The position numbers and the translations under genes are program-made. The notes below the pieces were generated by a model. The model saw only the letters and a list, made by a program, of their open reading frames with translations, did not search any database and was not told the DNA's origin. DNA of 64,000 nt from a bacterium (GTDB lineage Bacteria > Elusimicrobiota > Elusimicrobia > UBA1565 > UBA9628): contig JAJXVH010000003.1 of assembly GCA_021782205.1 (NCBI GenBank), forward strand, positions 31,931-95,930, read 5' to 3'. This document shows positions 1 through 11,934 of this stretch, one piece after another; the first letter of the stretch is position 1, and each line of letters begins with the position of its first letter.

Positions 1-103
1 TTCGCCAAGAGTCCCGCAGTCAAGTCGAACTGACCTTCCAGCGCGCGCCCCGCCCCTGGCGGCGGGGCGCGCGTCCTGGTATCCTGCGGGAAGAGTTCCT
101 CCA

Positions 104-1243
104 ATGAGCCGAATCGTCGTCGACCGCCGACTCCGCTGGGATCTTCTGCGCGGGCAGGGTGCCGCGCCGTTGCTGATCTCGGCGTTGTTCGTGGTCGCGC
201 TCTCCTACGGCTTGGGCTATCACCTGGACTGGTCCGAGGAGTCCGGCCGCGTCGAAGACGAAGGGGAGGTGGCGGAGATACCCGCTCCGGCCGCTTCGGC
301 CCTCCCCGCTCCGGAAGCTGCCCCGCCGGCGGCGCCGCCGACGCAGACGGCGGCCGCGTCCATCGCTCCGATGCCCGCGCCGATCATGGCCGCCGACCCT
401 CGCGATGCGGCCTGGGACAAGATGACCGCCCAACTAGGCTCCTTGGCGGCGCATTATCCGGGCCGCGTGTCGATCTATATAAAAGACCTGCACAGCGGCC
501 GCATCTGGATGTATCATCCCGATGACCTTTTCCCCGCTGCAAGCCTGATCAAGGTGCCGGTGCTGATCTCCGCGTTTTACAAGATCAAGGAAGGGCACCT
601 CTCGCTTGATGAAAGCCTGGAACTGACGCGCCGCAACCGCGTGGGCGGCTCCGGATCGCTCAAGTGGCGGCCCGACGGCACGCGCCTGACGGTGCGCCAG
701 ATCATGATCCACATGATCAACGAGTCGGACAATACCGCCACGCGCATGCTGCTGGACCGCCTGGGCCTGGGCTACGTCCAGCAGCAGTTTCCGCGCATGG
801 GGCTTCTCTACACGGGCATCTACGCCGACGGCATGAGCATCAAGGGCGGACGCGTGGCGCACGAGAACTACACCACCGCCCGCGAGATGTCCATGCTGAT
901 GGAAAAGATCTACCGCGGCGAAGCCGTCGATCCCGAGTCCAGCGCGCTGATGCTGGCGATCTTGAAGAAGCCGAAAGCGGTCGCGTCGCGCCTTCAAAAG
1001 GGAATGCCGGCCGGCTGGGAGATCGGCCACAAGACCGGACTCCTGCGCCAGGCCTGCCACGACTCCGCGCTGTTCTTCACGCCCAACGGCGACTACCAGA
1101 TCACCGTGCTGACCGGCGACAACCGAACCTATGCGCAGGCCAAGGACTTCATCACGAAGCTGGCGCACGTGACTTTCGCCAATTACGCAGGCCCCAGCTA
1201 CCTGGCCCAGGCGGCGCGTCGCCATCGCCGCCTGCGCCGCTGA
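104..1243 (+). CDS. class A beta-lactamase-like serine hydrolase with N-terminal membrane anchor
   Basis: 379-aa ORF. SxxK (AASLIKVPV), SDN (NESDNTATR) and KTG (GHKTGLL) motifs occur in class A order. Hydrophobic helix near the N-terminus. Confidence 0.75.
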   Translation: MSRIVVDRRLRWDLLRGQGAAPLLISALFVVALSYGLGYHLDWSEESGRVEDEGEVAEIPAPAASALPAPEAAPPAAPPTQTAAASIAPMPAPIMAADPRDAAWDKMTAQLGSLAAHYPGRVSIYIKDLHSGRIWMYHPDDLFPAASLIKVPVLISAFYKIKEGHLSLDESLELTRRNRVGGSGSLKWRPDGTRLTVRQIMIHMINESDNTATRMLLDRLGLGYVQQQFPRMGLLYTGIYADGMSIKGGRVAHENYTTAREMSMLMEKIYRGEAVDPESSALMLAILKKPKAVASRLQKGMPAGWEIGHKTGLLRQACHDSALFFTPNGDYQITVLTGDNRTYAQAKDFITKLAHVTFANYAGPSYLAQAARRHRRLRR

Positions 1244-1244
1244 C

Positions 1245-1805
1245 ATGCGCGCCTTCCTGCTCGCCGTGCTGCTCCTGCCCGCCGCGCCTTTACGCGCGCA
1301 GGAGGGCGACGCAACCGCGATCCAGCCGCATCTGTTCGACCTCCACCTAGACGACAGCCTCCGCGAAGTCCGCCGCCATTTCCCGCCCTTGAAGAAATGG
1401 CTCTCGACGGTGGACAAGCGGCTGGGCGTGACCCGCTACCGCGTGGAGTCCGGCGACGCAAAAGGATTCCCGCCTCACCTGCGCACGCTGTATCTGGGCT
1501 TTCACCACGGCGACCTCGTGGAAATCGAGGGGGTCTACGACGACGACTACTCCCGCCGGGAAACCTACGAGCGCCTGGCCAGCGAATACGAATTGCTCTA
1601 CGGCCGCCCGCGCCGCTCCGGCGATCGCTTCTGGTGGGACGACGGCAGCACCGTCCTGCGCGTATTCCCCGCGGAACTGCCGGCCGCCGCCGACGGGGCC
1701 ATCCTGTCCTCGATGACCGCCCCCTCCACAAAGGAGGGACCCACCGTCGTCGCCTGGCGCACCGGCGTGCAGATTTTCCGCCGCGCCGTCTTCTCCCGCG
1801 ACTAA
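1245..1805 (+). CDS. hypothetical secreted protein
   Basis: 186-aa ORF starting 1 nt after the upstream stop. Signal-peptide-like [20 protein letters not shown]. No motif recognised. Confidence 0.5.
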   Translation: MRAFLLAVLLLPAAPLRAQEGDATAIQPHLFDLHLDDSLREVRRHFPPLKKWLSTVDKRLGVTRYRVESGDAKGFPPHLRTLYLGFHHGDLVEIEGVYDDDYSRRETYERLASEYELLYGRPRRSGDRFWWDDGSTVLRVFPAELPAAADGAILSSMTAPSTKEGPTVVAWRTGVQIFRRAVFSRD

Positions 1806-1891
1806 GCACCAAGGACGGGACGTCCGGCATGGAACTTTTTAGGGGGTCGGCGCGTATACTCCTTAGCCCCGGAAGGCGTTCGAACAAAAAT

Positions 1892-1905
1892 CGAACTTGT
1901 GTTCG
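1892..1905. promoter_or_regulatory. LexA (Cheo-type) SOS box CGAACTTGTGTTCG upstream of recA
   Basis: Perfect CGAAC-N4-GTTCG palindrome 74 nt upstream of the recA ATG. A TATACT -10-like hexamer lies at 1920-1925. Confidence 0.55.
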
Positions 1906-1978
1906 AGAACGACTTCTGTTATACTCACACCCTTGGGCGCCGGGCAAAAAGGCGCGCCGAGGAGGGAGAAATCACTCA

Positions 1979-3070
<1,092 letters not shown>

Positions 3071-3087
3071 GCTTCCCGCAAAACAGC

Positions 3088-3130
3088 GCGCCGCCGGGCT
3101 TCTTAATAGCCCGGCGGCGTCGCTTTTTTC
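3088..3130 (+). terminator. rho-independent terminator after recA
   Basis: GC stem GCGCCGCCGGGC / GCCCGGCGGCG with a 9-nt loop, followed by TCGCTTTTTTC. Confidence 0.6.
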
Positions 3131-3152
3131 GGGCCGCGAGAGGTAGAATCCC

Positions 3153-4058
3153 GTGATGAGTCCCGAGGATCGTCTCGCCGCGCCCGACCCGTTGGCGGAG
3201 TTCGCACGCTACCTCAGCCTGGAGCGCGGGCTTTCGCCGCGCACCGTGGAGGCCTACTCGGCCGACGCCGGCCGATTCCTGGCCTGGGCGCGCGCGCGGG
3301 GGGTCGACGCGCGCGCCACCCCGCGCGGAGCGCTCGATGATTTTCTCTGGGACGAGCGGCGCCGCGGCCTGGGCGCGGCGTCCTTGCGTCGCCTGGTCGG
3401 CGCTCTGCGCGCCTATTTCGCCTATCAGGCCCTGGAGGGGCGCCTGCCGGAAAGCCCCGCCGAAAGCCTGCGCGGACCGCGCCGCGCGCGGCGCCTGCCG
3501 CGCCACCTGACCCCGGCCGAGACCGCGCGCCTGCTGGCCGCGCCGAACACCGACTCCTACGACGACGTGCGCGACCGCGCCGCGCTGGAGCTGCTCTACG
3601 CGGCAGGGCTGCGCGTCTCGGAATTGCTGTCCCTGACGCCGGAGGCCGCGAATCTGCAGGAGGGCTGGGTGCGCGTGCTGGGCAAGGGCGGCAAGGAGCG
3701 CCTGGTGCCCGTGCACGCGCGCGCGATCGCTGCCGTACGCGTCTATCTTCAAGCACGCGAGCGCCGCTTTAAAACGACCGCCCCGGAACTTCTGTTGGGG
3801 CGCTCGGGCCGCCGCCTGTCGCGCGGGCAATTCTGGCGCCGCCTGCGCGCGCTCGGCCGACGCGCGGGAATCGAACAGCCGCTGCATCCGCACCTGCTAC
3901 GCCACACCTTCGCCACCCACCTGCTGGCGGGCGGCGCGGACCTGCGCTCCGTGCAGGAGATGCTAGGCCACGCCGACCTGTCGACCACGCAGATCTACAC
4001 CCACCTGGACGCCGCGGCGCTGAAGGCCGCGCACGCGAAGCATCACCCCCGCGGATGA
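3153..4058 (+). CDS. tyrosine site-specific recombinase, XerC/XerD family
   Basis: 301 aa. N-terminal SAM-like YLSLERGLSPRTVEAYSAD. C-terminal catalytic HPHLLRHTFATHLL...LGHADLSTTQIYTH (R-H-R-Y signature). Confidence 0.9.
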   Translation: MMSPEDRLAAPDPLAEFARYLSLERGLSPRTVEAYSADAGRFLAWARARGVDARATPRGALDDFLWDERRRGLGAASLRRLVGALRAYFAYQALEGRLPESPAESLRGPRRARRLPRHLTPAETARLLAAPNTDSYDDVRDRAALELLYAAGLRVSELLSLTPEAANLQEGWVRVLGKGGKERLVPVHARAIAAVRVYLQARERRFKTTAPELLLGRSGRRLSRGQFWRRLRALGRRAGIEQPLHPHLLRHTFATHLLAGGADLRSVQEMLGHADLSTTQIYTHLDAAALKAAHAKHHPRG

Positions 4059-4645
4059 ATTACAATATCGTCGCCATGCGAACCCTGCTCGCGCTGCTTC
4101 TGCTCCTCGCCGCTGCGCCGTCGCGCGCCGCGGACCCGGTCGCGGCGGACTCGTCGACGGTGCGTCTTGCCGACTACTTCGTCCAGACGCCGATCAACGA
4201 AGCCGACCCCAAGCTGGTCTCGCCGTTCCTGGCGCTCGACGCGCAGACGCTTCCCAAGCGTCTGCGCGAAAAAGCCCGGGCCAAGCAGTTGGCGATTCAA
4301 GCCCTGCTCAAGCTGCACGACACGAAAAAGAAGGGCAACTGGCTTCAGCCCGTCGGCGGCTGCACCGCGGAAAGCTTCGTCAAACCACTCAAGGACATCC
4401 CGGCCTACGCGATGGCCGGCTACGTGCCCATCACGGAAGAAGAGCTCAAGTACATCATGCACAAAACCAACTGCACGGAATTGGACCTGGGCTGCCAGTT
4501 CACCTTCACGATCTTCTACGATAAGAAAAAACCGCGCAAGCTGATGCTTCACCAAAACGACCCGATCGACGCCCTGGCGGCCGAATCCCACGGCCCGCAT
4601 GGTCAGACGAATTTCTTCGGCGTAGGCCTGACGTGCCAGCATTGA
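4055..4645 (+). CDS. hypothetical secreted protein
   Basis: 196 aa. ATGA overlap with the upstream stop. Signal peptide MRTLLALLLLLAAAPSRA. Four Cys in the mature part. Confidence 0.55.
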   Translation: MNYNIVAMRTLLALLLLLAAAPSRAADPVAADSSTVRLADYFVQTPINEADPKLVSPFLALDAQTLPKRLREKARAKQLAIQALLKLHDTKKKGNWLQPVGGCTAESFVKPLKDIPAYAMAGYVPITEEELKYIMHKTNCTELDLGCQFTFTIFYDKKKPRKLMLHQNDPIDALAAESHGPHGQTNFFGVGLTCQH

Positions 4646-4649
4646 CCCG

Positions 4650-6227
4650 GTGAGGGCTCTGCGCGCGCCCGCCCGCGCCTCCGTGTACGCGCCCACGACG
4701 CGGGCGCTGATTTTCGGCCTGATCGCCGCGGCCTTCGCGCTCTACGCGCGAACGTTCGCCTATCCGCCGCTGTGGGACGATCATTTCTACGTCGAGGGGC
4801 AGACGTTCCTGCGCGACCCGCGCGCGCTGGCCGCGGTTCTTAATCCGCGCCAGTTCCTCCGCATCCTGCCGACGGCGAACGCCGCGAGGCCGGTCTGGCT
4901 TTTCTCGGTCCTGCTGGACCGCGCTCTCCTCGGCTGGTCGTTCTGGGCCCTGCGCGCCTCCAGCACGCTGTGGTATGGCGTCGGCGCCGCGCTATTGGCG
5001 GCGCTGGTTTGGGAACTGACGACGGACGCCGCTGCCGCCGCGGCGGCGGGATTTCTTTTCGTCGCTCATCCGCTGCACGCTGAAGTCGTCGAAATCGTCT
5101 CATTTCGCGCCGACACCCTCGCCTTCCTTTTCGGCGTTCTCGCGCTTCTGCTGCACCTGCGCGCCTGGCGCTCGGAACATCCGAAGCCGCTTCGACTCGC
5201 GGCGCTGGCCGCGTTCGGTTTGGCGCTGCTGTCCAAGGAATCCGCAGCCGCCGTCGTGGTCCTGCTTCCGGTGGTCGATTCCGTCGCCTGCCCCGCGCCT
5301 CCCTGGCGGACGCGCGCGCGCGTTTACGCCGCGTTCGTTCTGCTCCTGGCGGCGTATCTGTACTACCGCACGCCGCGCGCGGGCTACGAGTCCAGCGCCG
5401 GGCCGGACGTCTTCACCGAACTGGCCCAGCGTGAACCCGCTCTGTTCGGTCCGGTCTCCCAGCCGAGCGACGACTGGGCGCGCGCTCCCGTCGGCCTCGG
5501 TAGCGGTCGGCACCGCGACCCGCGTCCGTGGGACCAAGATTTTTCGGCGCCACGGACGCACCTGCGCACGCTCGTGGTCGTACAAGGTTCTAATCTCCTC
5601 CGCTTGTTCTGGCCCTGGCCGCTTCAGGGCGACTACGCTCCCAAAACCGTGCGCCGCTGGCTCGATCCACGCCTGGCGGCGACGCTGGCCGGTTGGATGG
5701 TCCTGCTGGGGCTCGCGGCGGCGATGCGGCGACGAGCTCCTTTGTTGTCGGCGGGCCTGCTGTGGATTCCCGCCGCGCTCCTGCCCGTCAGCGGGATCGT
5801 CGCCATGCGCAACCTAACGGCGGACCGCTATCTCTATTTCGCTTCGGCCGGAGTCTGCCTCGCTCTGTCCGCGCTCGTCACCGCGCCTTTCGGTCGAGGT
5901 ACGCGCGCGCGCCGCGCGGCGTTTATTCTCTGCGGCGTCGTCGCCGCGTTTTGGATCGAACTCGGCCAAATGCGCCTGCCGGACTTCCGCAGCGACGCGG
6001 CCTATTTCGCGGCGACGATCGCCGTGGATCCCGACGTCCCTCGCGCGCGCTGCAACCTGGGCTTGGCGGAGTGGCGCGAAGGTCGCCTCGACGCCGCCGA
6101 AACCGACCTGCGCGCCGCGCTGACGCTCTGGCCTCAATCGCGCCAAGTGCGCGCCAATCTGGCCGACCTTCTGCAAAGTCGCGGCCGCGCGGACGAAGCC
6201 CGCGCGTTGCTGAACGCCGTCCCATGA
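4650..6227 (+). CDS. polytopic membrane protein, TMTC/PMT-like GT-C glycosyltransferase with C-terminal TPR repeats
   Basis: 525 aa with many hydrophobic helices. AHPLHAEVVEIVSFRADTLAF resembles the DUF1736/TMTC motif. C-terminal TPR-like NLGLAEWREGRLDAAETDLRAAL. Confidence 0.6.
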   Translation: MRALRAPARASVYAPTTRALIFGLIAAAFALYARTFAYPPLWDDHFYVEGQTFLRDPRALAAVLNPRQFLRILPTANAARPVWLFSVLLDRALLGWSFWALRASSTLWYGVGAALLAALVWELTTDAAAAAAAGFLFVAHPLHAEVVEIVSFRADTLAFLFGVLALLLHLRAWRSEHPKPLRLAALAAFGLALLSKESAAAVVVLLPVVDSVACPAPPWRTRARVYAAFVLLLAAYLYYRTPRAGYESSAGPDVFTELAQREPALFGPVSQPSDDWARAPVGLGSGRHRDPRPWDQDFSAPRTHLRTLVVVQGSNLLRLFWPWPLQGDYAPKTVRRWLDPRLAATLAGWMVLLGLAAAMRRRAPLLSAGLLWIPAALLPVSGIVAMRNLTADRYLYFASAGVCLALSALVTAPFGRGTRARRAAFILCGVVAAFWIELGQMRLPDFRSDAAYFAATIAVDPDVPRARCNLGLAEWREGRLDAAETDLRAALTLWPQSRQVRANLADLLQSRGRADEARALLNAVP

Positions 6228-7282
6228 ACGCGACCCTGTCGGTCGCCATCCTGACCCGCGCTCGTCCCGGTCTTCTGCGCGCGTGCCTGGACAGCGTCTT
6301 GCGCGCGGACCTTGGCAAAGTCCGGGAAGTGCTTGTCGTCGTCAACGGCCACGACCCGGAGGCGTGCGCCGTCGCCGCGGCCGCCGCGGAACGCGAGCCA
6401 CGCGTGCGCGCTCTCGAAATTCCGTTGTCGTCGCGCGGCCGCGCGCGCAACCTCGCCGCCGCGGCCGCGACGGGGCTGCTCCTGCATTTCCTCGACGACG
6501 ACGTGGTCGTTCCACTCGGTCTCTTCGCGGCGACCGTCGCGCGCTTCGCCGACGATCCCTCTCTCGCGGCCGTCGGCGGGCCCAACACGACGCCGCCGGA
6601 CAGTTCCGCGTTCGAGACCGCCGTCGGGCACCTGCTCTCCTCGCGGCTGGGCGCCTGGAGCATGCGCGCGCGCTACCGCCCCGTCGGCGCCGCGCGCGCG
6701 GCCGGCGAGGAGAGCCTGATGCTGTGCAGCCTCGCCTTTCGCGCCGGCGCCGACGGGCCAGGGGGCCTGCGTTTCGACGAGAGCCTGGCCTCGGCGGAGG
6801 AGAATCTTCTGCTGGAGCGCATTCGCCGCAAGGGCGGACGTGCGCTGTACGATCCCGACCTGTTCGTTTATCATCGCCGCCGCTCCGGCTGGAGAGGATT
6901 TTTAGCGCAGACGTTCCGGTCGGGCGCGGGCCGCAGCCAAACGGCCAGCCGCCTGCCTTCGATCCTGCGGCCGATACACCTGGCGCCGCCGCTCTTCGCG
7001 CTGTATCTGGCCGCGCTTGTCCTCCGCCCCAGCGCCGCCGCGGCACTGCCGCTGGCGGCGTACGCGGCGTGGCTTGGGCTGGAGACCGCCGCGGCCGCGC
7101 GCGCTCATGGCCCGCACGTGGCCGCGCTCTGCGCGGGGCTGACCCCTCTGCACCACCTCGCCTACGCGGCGGGCTTCCTGCTGGGACCTTTCTTTTGGGT
7201 CGAGCCCGAGCCCGGTCAGCGCCGCTCGACGACCAGCGCGCCGCCCATGCCGCCGCCCGCGCAGGCCGCGAGCAAGCCGTAG
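6224..7282 (+). CDS. glycosyltransferase family 2
   Basis: Internal ATG of ORF 5693..7282 (ATGA overlap with the upstream stop). SVAILTRARPGLLRACLDSV..., a DDD motif (HFLDDDVVV), and C-terminal TM helices. Confidence 0.8.
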   Translation: MNATLSVAILTRARPGLLRACLDSVLRADLGKVREVLVVVNGHDPEACAVAAAAAEREPRVRALEIPLSSRGRARNLAAAAATGLLLHFLDDDVVVPLGLFAATVARFADDPSLAAVGGPNTTPPDSSAFETAVGHLLSSRLGAWSMRARYRPVGAARAAGEESLMLCSLAFRAGADGPGGLRFDESLASAEENLLLERIRRKGGRALYDPDLFVYHRRRSGWRGFLAQTFRSGAGRSQTASRLPSILRPIHLAPPLFALYLAALVLRPSAAAALPLAAYAAWLGLETAAAARAHGPHVAALCAGLTPLHHLAYAAGFLLGPFFWVEPEPGQRRSTTSAPPMPPPAQAASKP

Positions 7283-8562
7283 CGGCCCTTCGGGTTCTTC
7301 TTCAGCGCGTGAACTAGGTTCAGCATCAAGCGCGCGCCCGTGGCCCCCAGCGGATGGCCGACGGCGATCGAGCCGCCGTTGGGATTCAGCGCGCCGGACG
7401 CGTTCTTGGCCGCCCAATCGTGGCCGAATTTATCCTTGCCCAGCTTGAAGATCGACAGCACCGTGGCCGCGAACGGCTCGTGCAGCTCGATCTGGTCGAG
7501 CGCGTCGAAGGAGACGCCCGCGCGCTGGAGCGCGACCGGAGCGGCGAGCGCGGGGGCCACGCCCATGTGCGCGGGATTATTCCCGACGAACCCCCAGCCC
7601 TTGATCTCGGCCAGGACCTCAAGGCCGAGGGCTTTCGCCTTTTCCGCCGTGGTCACGATCACGGCGGCCGCACCGTCGGAGCGGCCACAGGAGTTGAACA
7701 AGGTCACGCTGCCCTTCATTCCTTCCTGGTAGGACTTGCCCTCGACGTGGCGGCCGTAGTCCCGGTAGAAATCCTTCAGCGAATAGGCCGAGTTGTCGAA
7801 CAGCACGGGCGCCTTGGCGAACATCTGAGGCTTCTCGACCAGGTCCTCGCGCAGGAACGGGTACTCGTCCTTGTCGAGCACGGCCTGGCCGCCGCGCGTC
7901 ACCGGGACCACGTGCGTGTCGTAGAAGCCGGACTTCCAGCCGGCGAGGCTGCGGCGGAAGCTCTCGCGCGCGTAGGCGTCCTGCTCATCGCGGCCGATGC
8001 CGTACATCTGCGCGCAGACCTCGGCGGTGCCGGCCATGTTGATCTTCTCGACGGGGTCGGTCAGACCGGCCTCCATCGCGTCGACGACGGACACATCGGG
8101 CGTGGTCAGCAGCTCCCCCCACTTCGCCTTCACCGTGTCGAGGCTGCGCAGGGCCTTGGCCGCGCGCGAACCGTCGATGGTGTAGGGCAGGCGCGACATG
8201 ACCTCGGTGCCGCCGGCCAGGTAGAGCTCGCCTTCGCCCGCCAGGATGAAGCGCGCGGCCGCCGCGATCGACTCGATGGAGGACACGCAATTGTTCTGCA
8301 CGGTCACCGACTGCACCCTCTCCGGCAGGCCCGCGCGCAGCGCGGCCACGCGCGCGATGTTGGGCGCTTGAAAGCCTTGCCCGACCCAGCCGGCGATCAC
8401 GCCGTCGACGGCGTCCTTGGGCAGGCGAGAGCGCTCCAAAGTCGCGACCAAGGCGTCCACCAGCAAAGCGTCGGCGGTCAGACCCGCCAAGGAGCGCGAC
8501 AGATGCCCGATGGGCGTACGCGCGCCGCCGGCCACGACGATCGTCTTTGAAGATGCGTTCAT
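7216..8562 (-). CDS. thiolase-family acetyl-CoA acetyltransferase (long form)
   Basis: 448 aa. N-terminal IVVAGGARTPIG, NNCVSSIESI (active-site Cys region), and C-terminal GGSIAVGHPLGATGARL...CAGGGMGGALVVE. Confidence 0.85.
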   Translation of the reverse strand: MNASSKTIVVAGGARTPIGHLSRSLAGLTADALLVDALVATLERSRLPKDAVDGVIAGWVGQGFQAPNIARVAALRAGLPERVQSVTVQNNCVSSIESIAAAARFILAGEGELYLAGGTEVMSRLPYTIDGSRAAKALRSLDTVKAKWGELLTTPDVSVVDAMEAGLTDPVEKINMAGTAEVCAQMYGIGRDEQDAYARESFRRSLAGWKSGFYDTHVVPVTRGGQAVLDKDEYPFLREDLVEKPQMFAKAPVLFDNSAYSLKDFYRDYGRHVEGKSYQEGMKGSVTLFNSCGRSDGAAAVIVTTAEKAKALGLEVLAEIKGWGFVGNNPAHMGVAPALAAPVALQRAGVSFDALDQIELHEPFAATVLSIFKLGKDKFGHDWAAKNASGALNPNGGSIAVGHPLGATGARLMLNLVHALKKNPKGRYGLLAACAGGGMGGALVVERR

Positions 8563-8617
8563 GTGAGCCTCCGGTGCGCCGGGCGCGGCGACCGGCGTAA
8601 TTATATAATTCGAGGGC

Positions 8618-9940
8618 TTGAAGAATCTCGTTTTCGTCGCCAGCCATCTGGGCTATCCGATGGACCGCACGCCTCTGGGCGGCGGCGCCATGGTGGGGCT
8701 GCAGCTCGTGCGCCACTGGAAGCCCGACGAGAACTGGAGCCTGAGGGTGCTCGGATCGGGCCCGGAGTCCCCGGCGGAAGGCGTCGACTACACGCGCCTG
8801 GCCGCGCGAGCCGAAAGCCTCGTCGAGCTCGGAGAACTGGCCTACGCGCGCTTCTGCCGCGATTTCGAGCGCGAGACGACCGATTGGATTCTGTCGCGGC
8901 AAGAGGAACTGCCGCCGTCTCAGACCGCGATCGTCGTCAACGACATCTCCGAGGGCCCCACGCTCGCGCCGCTGGCCCAGGCCGGCTACGCGATCACGTC
9001 GATCTGGCACGTCGACGTCGTCGACTATTTCAACAAGCTCTATCTGCGCCGCTTCTTCGCGCCGGAGAACCTCACGCGCGTGCACGAACGCCTTCGCTCG
9101 GCGGGCGTCGATCGGGTCATGCCCGACGTGCTCAAGCTCGTCTTCGACAAGCAGCGCGAGACGGTCGCGCACTCGCGGCGCATCATCGTGCCCTCGACGG
9201 CGATGGCCGAGACGATTCGCCGCTGCTATTCGGAACTCGTCCCGGACGAGGAACTGCGCCGCCGCATCGCCGTGGTGCCGTGGGGCGTCTGGGCTTCGGA
9301 GCCGACGCCGGCCGAAAAGAACCGCGCCGAGGAACTGCGCGACTACCACGAGATCGGGCCGGACACGTTCGTGCTGATGACGCTCTCGCGCATCTCGCCG
9401 GAAAAAGGGATACACATTCTGCTTGAGGCCCTGCGCCTTTTGGAGACCGACGGCCGCTTGGCCGGGCGCGACGTGCGCCTGTTCGTCTGCGGCGAGCCCG
9501 CCTTCATGATGGGGCAGGCCTACCACAAGAAGGTGCGCGCGGCCGCGGCCCGGCTCAAGCAGGTCAAGGTCGTCTTCCCCGGCTACCTGGACGCGTCGGC
9601 CAAGCGCGTGCACCTCCAATTGGCGAACCTGTTCGTCTCGCCGTCGGTGCACGAGAGCTACGGCCTCAACGTCGTCGAGGCCATGCACGCGGGCCTGCCG
9701 GTGCTCGCCAGCGATCACTACGGCGTGCGCGACGTCCTGCCGCCGGACGCGGGCCGCCTGGTGCACTACCCGACACCGAAAAAAGCGCCGCCGCTGCTGG
9801 CCGACGCGCTTCTGACGTTGATGGCGGACCCCGCGGGCCTGCAGGCGATGGGCCGGGCCGCGCGCGGCGCCGCCGCGGCGATGCCGTTCGCGGCGGCCGC
9901 CGACGCGGTGCGCGCGGCGGCGCTCGGGGCGCTGTCGTGA
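8618..9940 (+). CDS. glycosyltransferase family 4 (GT-B)
   Basis: 440 aa. LSRISPEKGIHILLEA and PSVHESYGLNVVEAMHAGLPVLAS (EX7E region). Confidence 0.8.
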   Translation: MKNLVFVASHLGYPMDRTPLGGGAMVGLQLVRHWKPDENWSLRVLGSGPESPAEGVDYTRLAARAESLVELGELAYARFCRDFERETTDWILSRQEELPPSQTAIVVNDISEGPTLAPLAQAGYAITSIWHVDVVDYFNKLYLRRFFAPENLTRVHERLRSAGVDRVMPDVLKLVFDKQRETVAHSRRIIVPSTAMAETIRRCYSELVPDEELRRRIAVVPWGVWASEPTPAEKNRAEELRDYHEIGPDTFVLMTLSRISPEKGIHILLEALRLLETDGRLAGRDVRLFVCGEPAFMMGQAYHKKVRAAAARLKQVKVVFPGYLDASAKRVHLQLANLFVSPSVHESYGLNVVEAMHAGLPVLASDHYGVRDVLPPDAGRLVHYPTPKKAPPLLADALLTLMADPAGLQAMGRAARGAAAAMPFAAAADAVRAAALGALS

Positions 9941-10329
9941 GGCCGGGGCTTCGCGTCGGCTTGACCGTGGACATGCCCGCGCGAGTCGAGAAGCACATGC
10001 GGCCGCGCCTGGAAGGACTGGTGCGCCATCCGCTGTACGCGACGTGGGCGATGGTCTACCACATGGAGACCGTCTCCCGGATGCTGCTCGCGCCGTATTT
10101 GGAGCCGCACGAGGAAGCCGTCGGCGGCGGCGTGCTCGTCAAGCATCTGCGCCCCGCGCGCATCGGAGCGCCCCTGCACGTGGTCGCGCGGCTGGTCCGC
10201 GCGCGCGGCGCGCGCGTCTACACCCGCGCCGAGGTGCACACGCGCGGCCGCAAGATCGGCGAGGGCTCCGTGCTTCAGGTCGTGATGACGCGCGCCCGCT
10301 TCGCCAAGATTCTCCAGGAGGCCCGCTGA
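9937..10329 (+). CDS. hotdog-fold thioesterase-like protein
   Basis: 130 aa. 4-nt overlap with the GT4 stop. YATWAMVYHMETVSR resembles the FlK/thioesterase-superfamily N-terminal helix. Confidence 0.55.
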   Translation: MRPGLRVGLTVDMPARVEKHMRPRLEGLVRHPLYATWAMVYHMETVSRMLLAPYLEPHEEAVGGGVLVKHLRPARIGAPLHVVARLVRARGARVYTRAEVHTRGRKIGEGSVLQVVMTRARFAKILQEAR

Positions 10330-10728
10330 TGGAAGGCTACAAGATCGTCACCGACGTGCCGGTGCGTTTTTCGGACACGGACGCTCTGGGCCACGTCAAC
10401 AACGCGGTCTACCTGAGCTACCTGGAGAGCGCGCGGGTGGATTATCTGCGCGAGCTTCTGGGCGCCAAGAAGATCGAGGATCTCGGCGTGATCATCGCCC
10501 GCATCGAGATCGACTACAAGAGCCCCGCGTTCCATCACGAGATCTTGCGCGTCGGCTGCCGCGTGTCGGAAGTGGGCGGCTCCAGCATCCACATGGATTA
10601 CCGCATCGAGGACAAGGAGACCGGAAGGCTGGTCGCGCTGGCCAAATCCGTGCTGGTGTCCTACGATTACGCCGCCGCGCGCGTGGTGCGCGTGCGCGAG
10701 GACTGGCGCGAGAAAATGGAGGCGTTCG

Positions 10729-10742
<14 letters not shown>
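10329..10742 (+). CDS. acyl-CoA thioesterase, YbgC/4HBT family
   Basis: Internal ATG of ORF 10044..10742. [29 protein letters not shown] is the classic 4HBT catalytic-Asp region. Confidence 0.8.

Positions 10743-11934
<1,192 letters not shown>

Noticed and set aside
3153-4058. Tyrosine recombinase as a marker of a prophage or integrative element.
   Set aside because: It has a full XerC/XerD-type sequence, with the SAM-like N-domain and the LGHxxxxTTQIYTH tail. It sits between recA and ordinary genes, with no att-like repeats or phage genes nearby.
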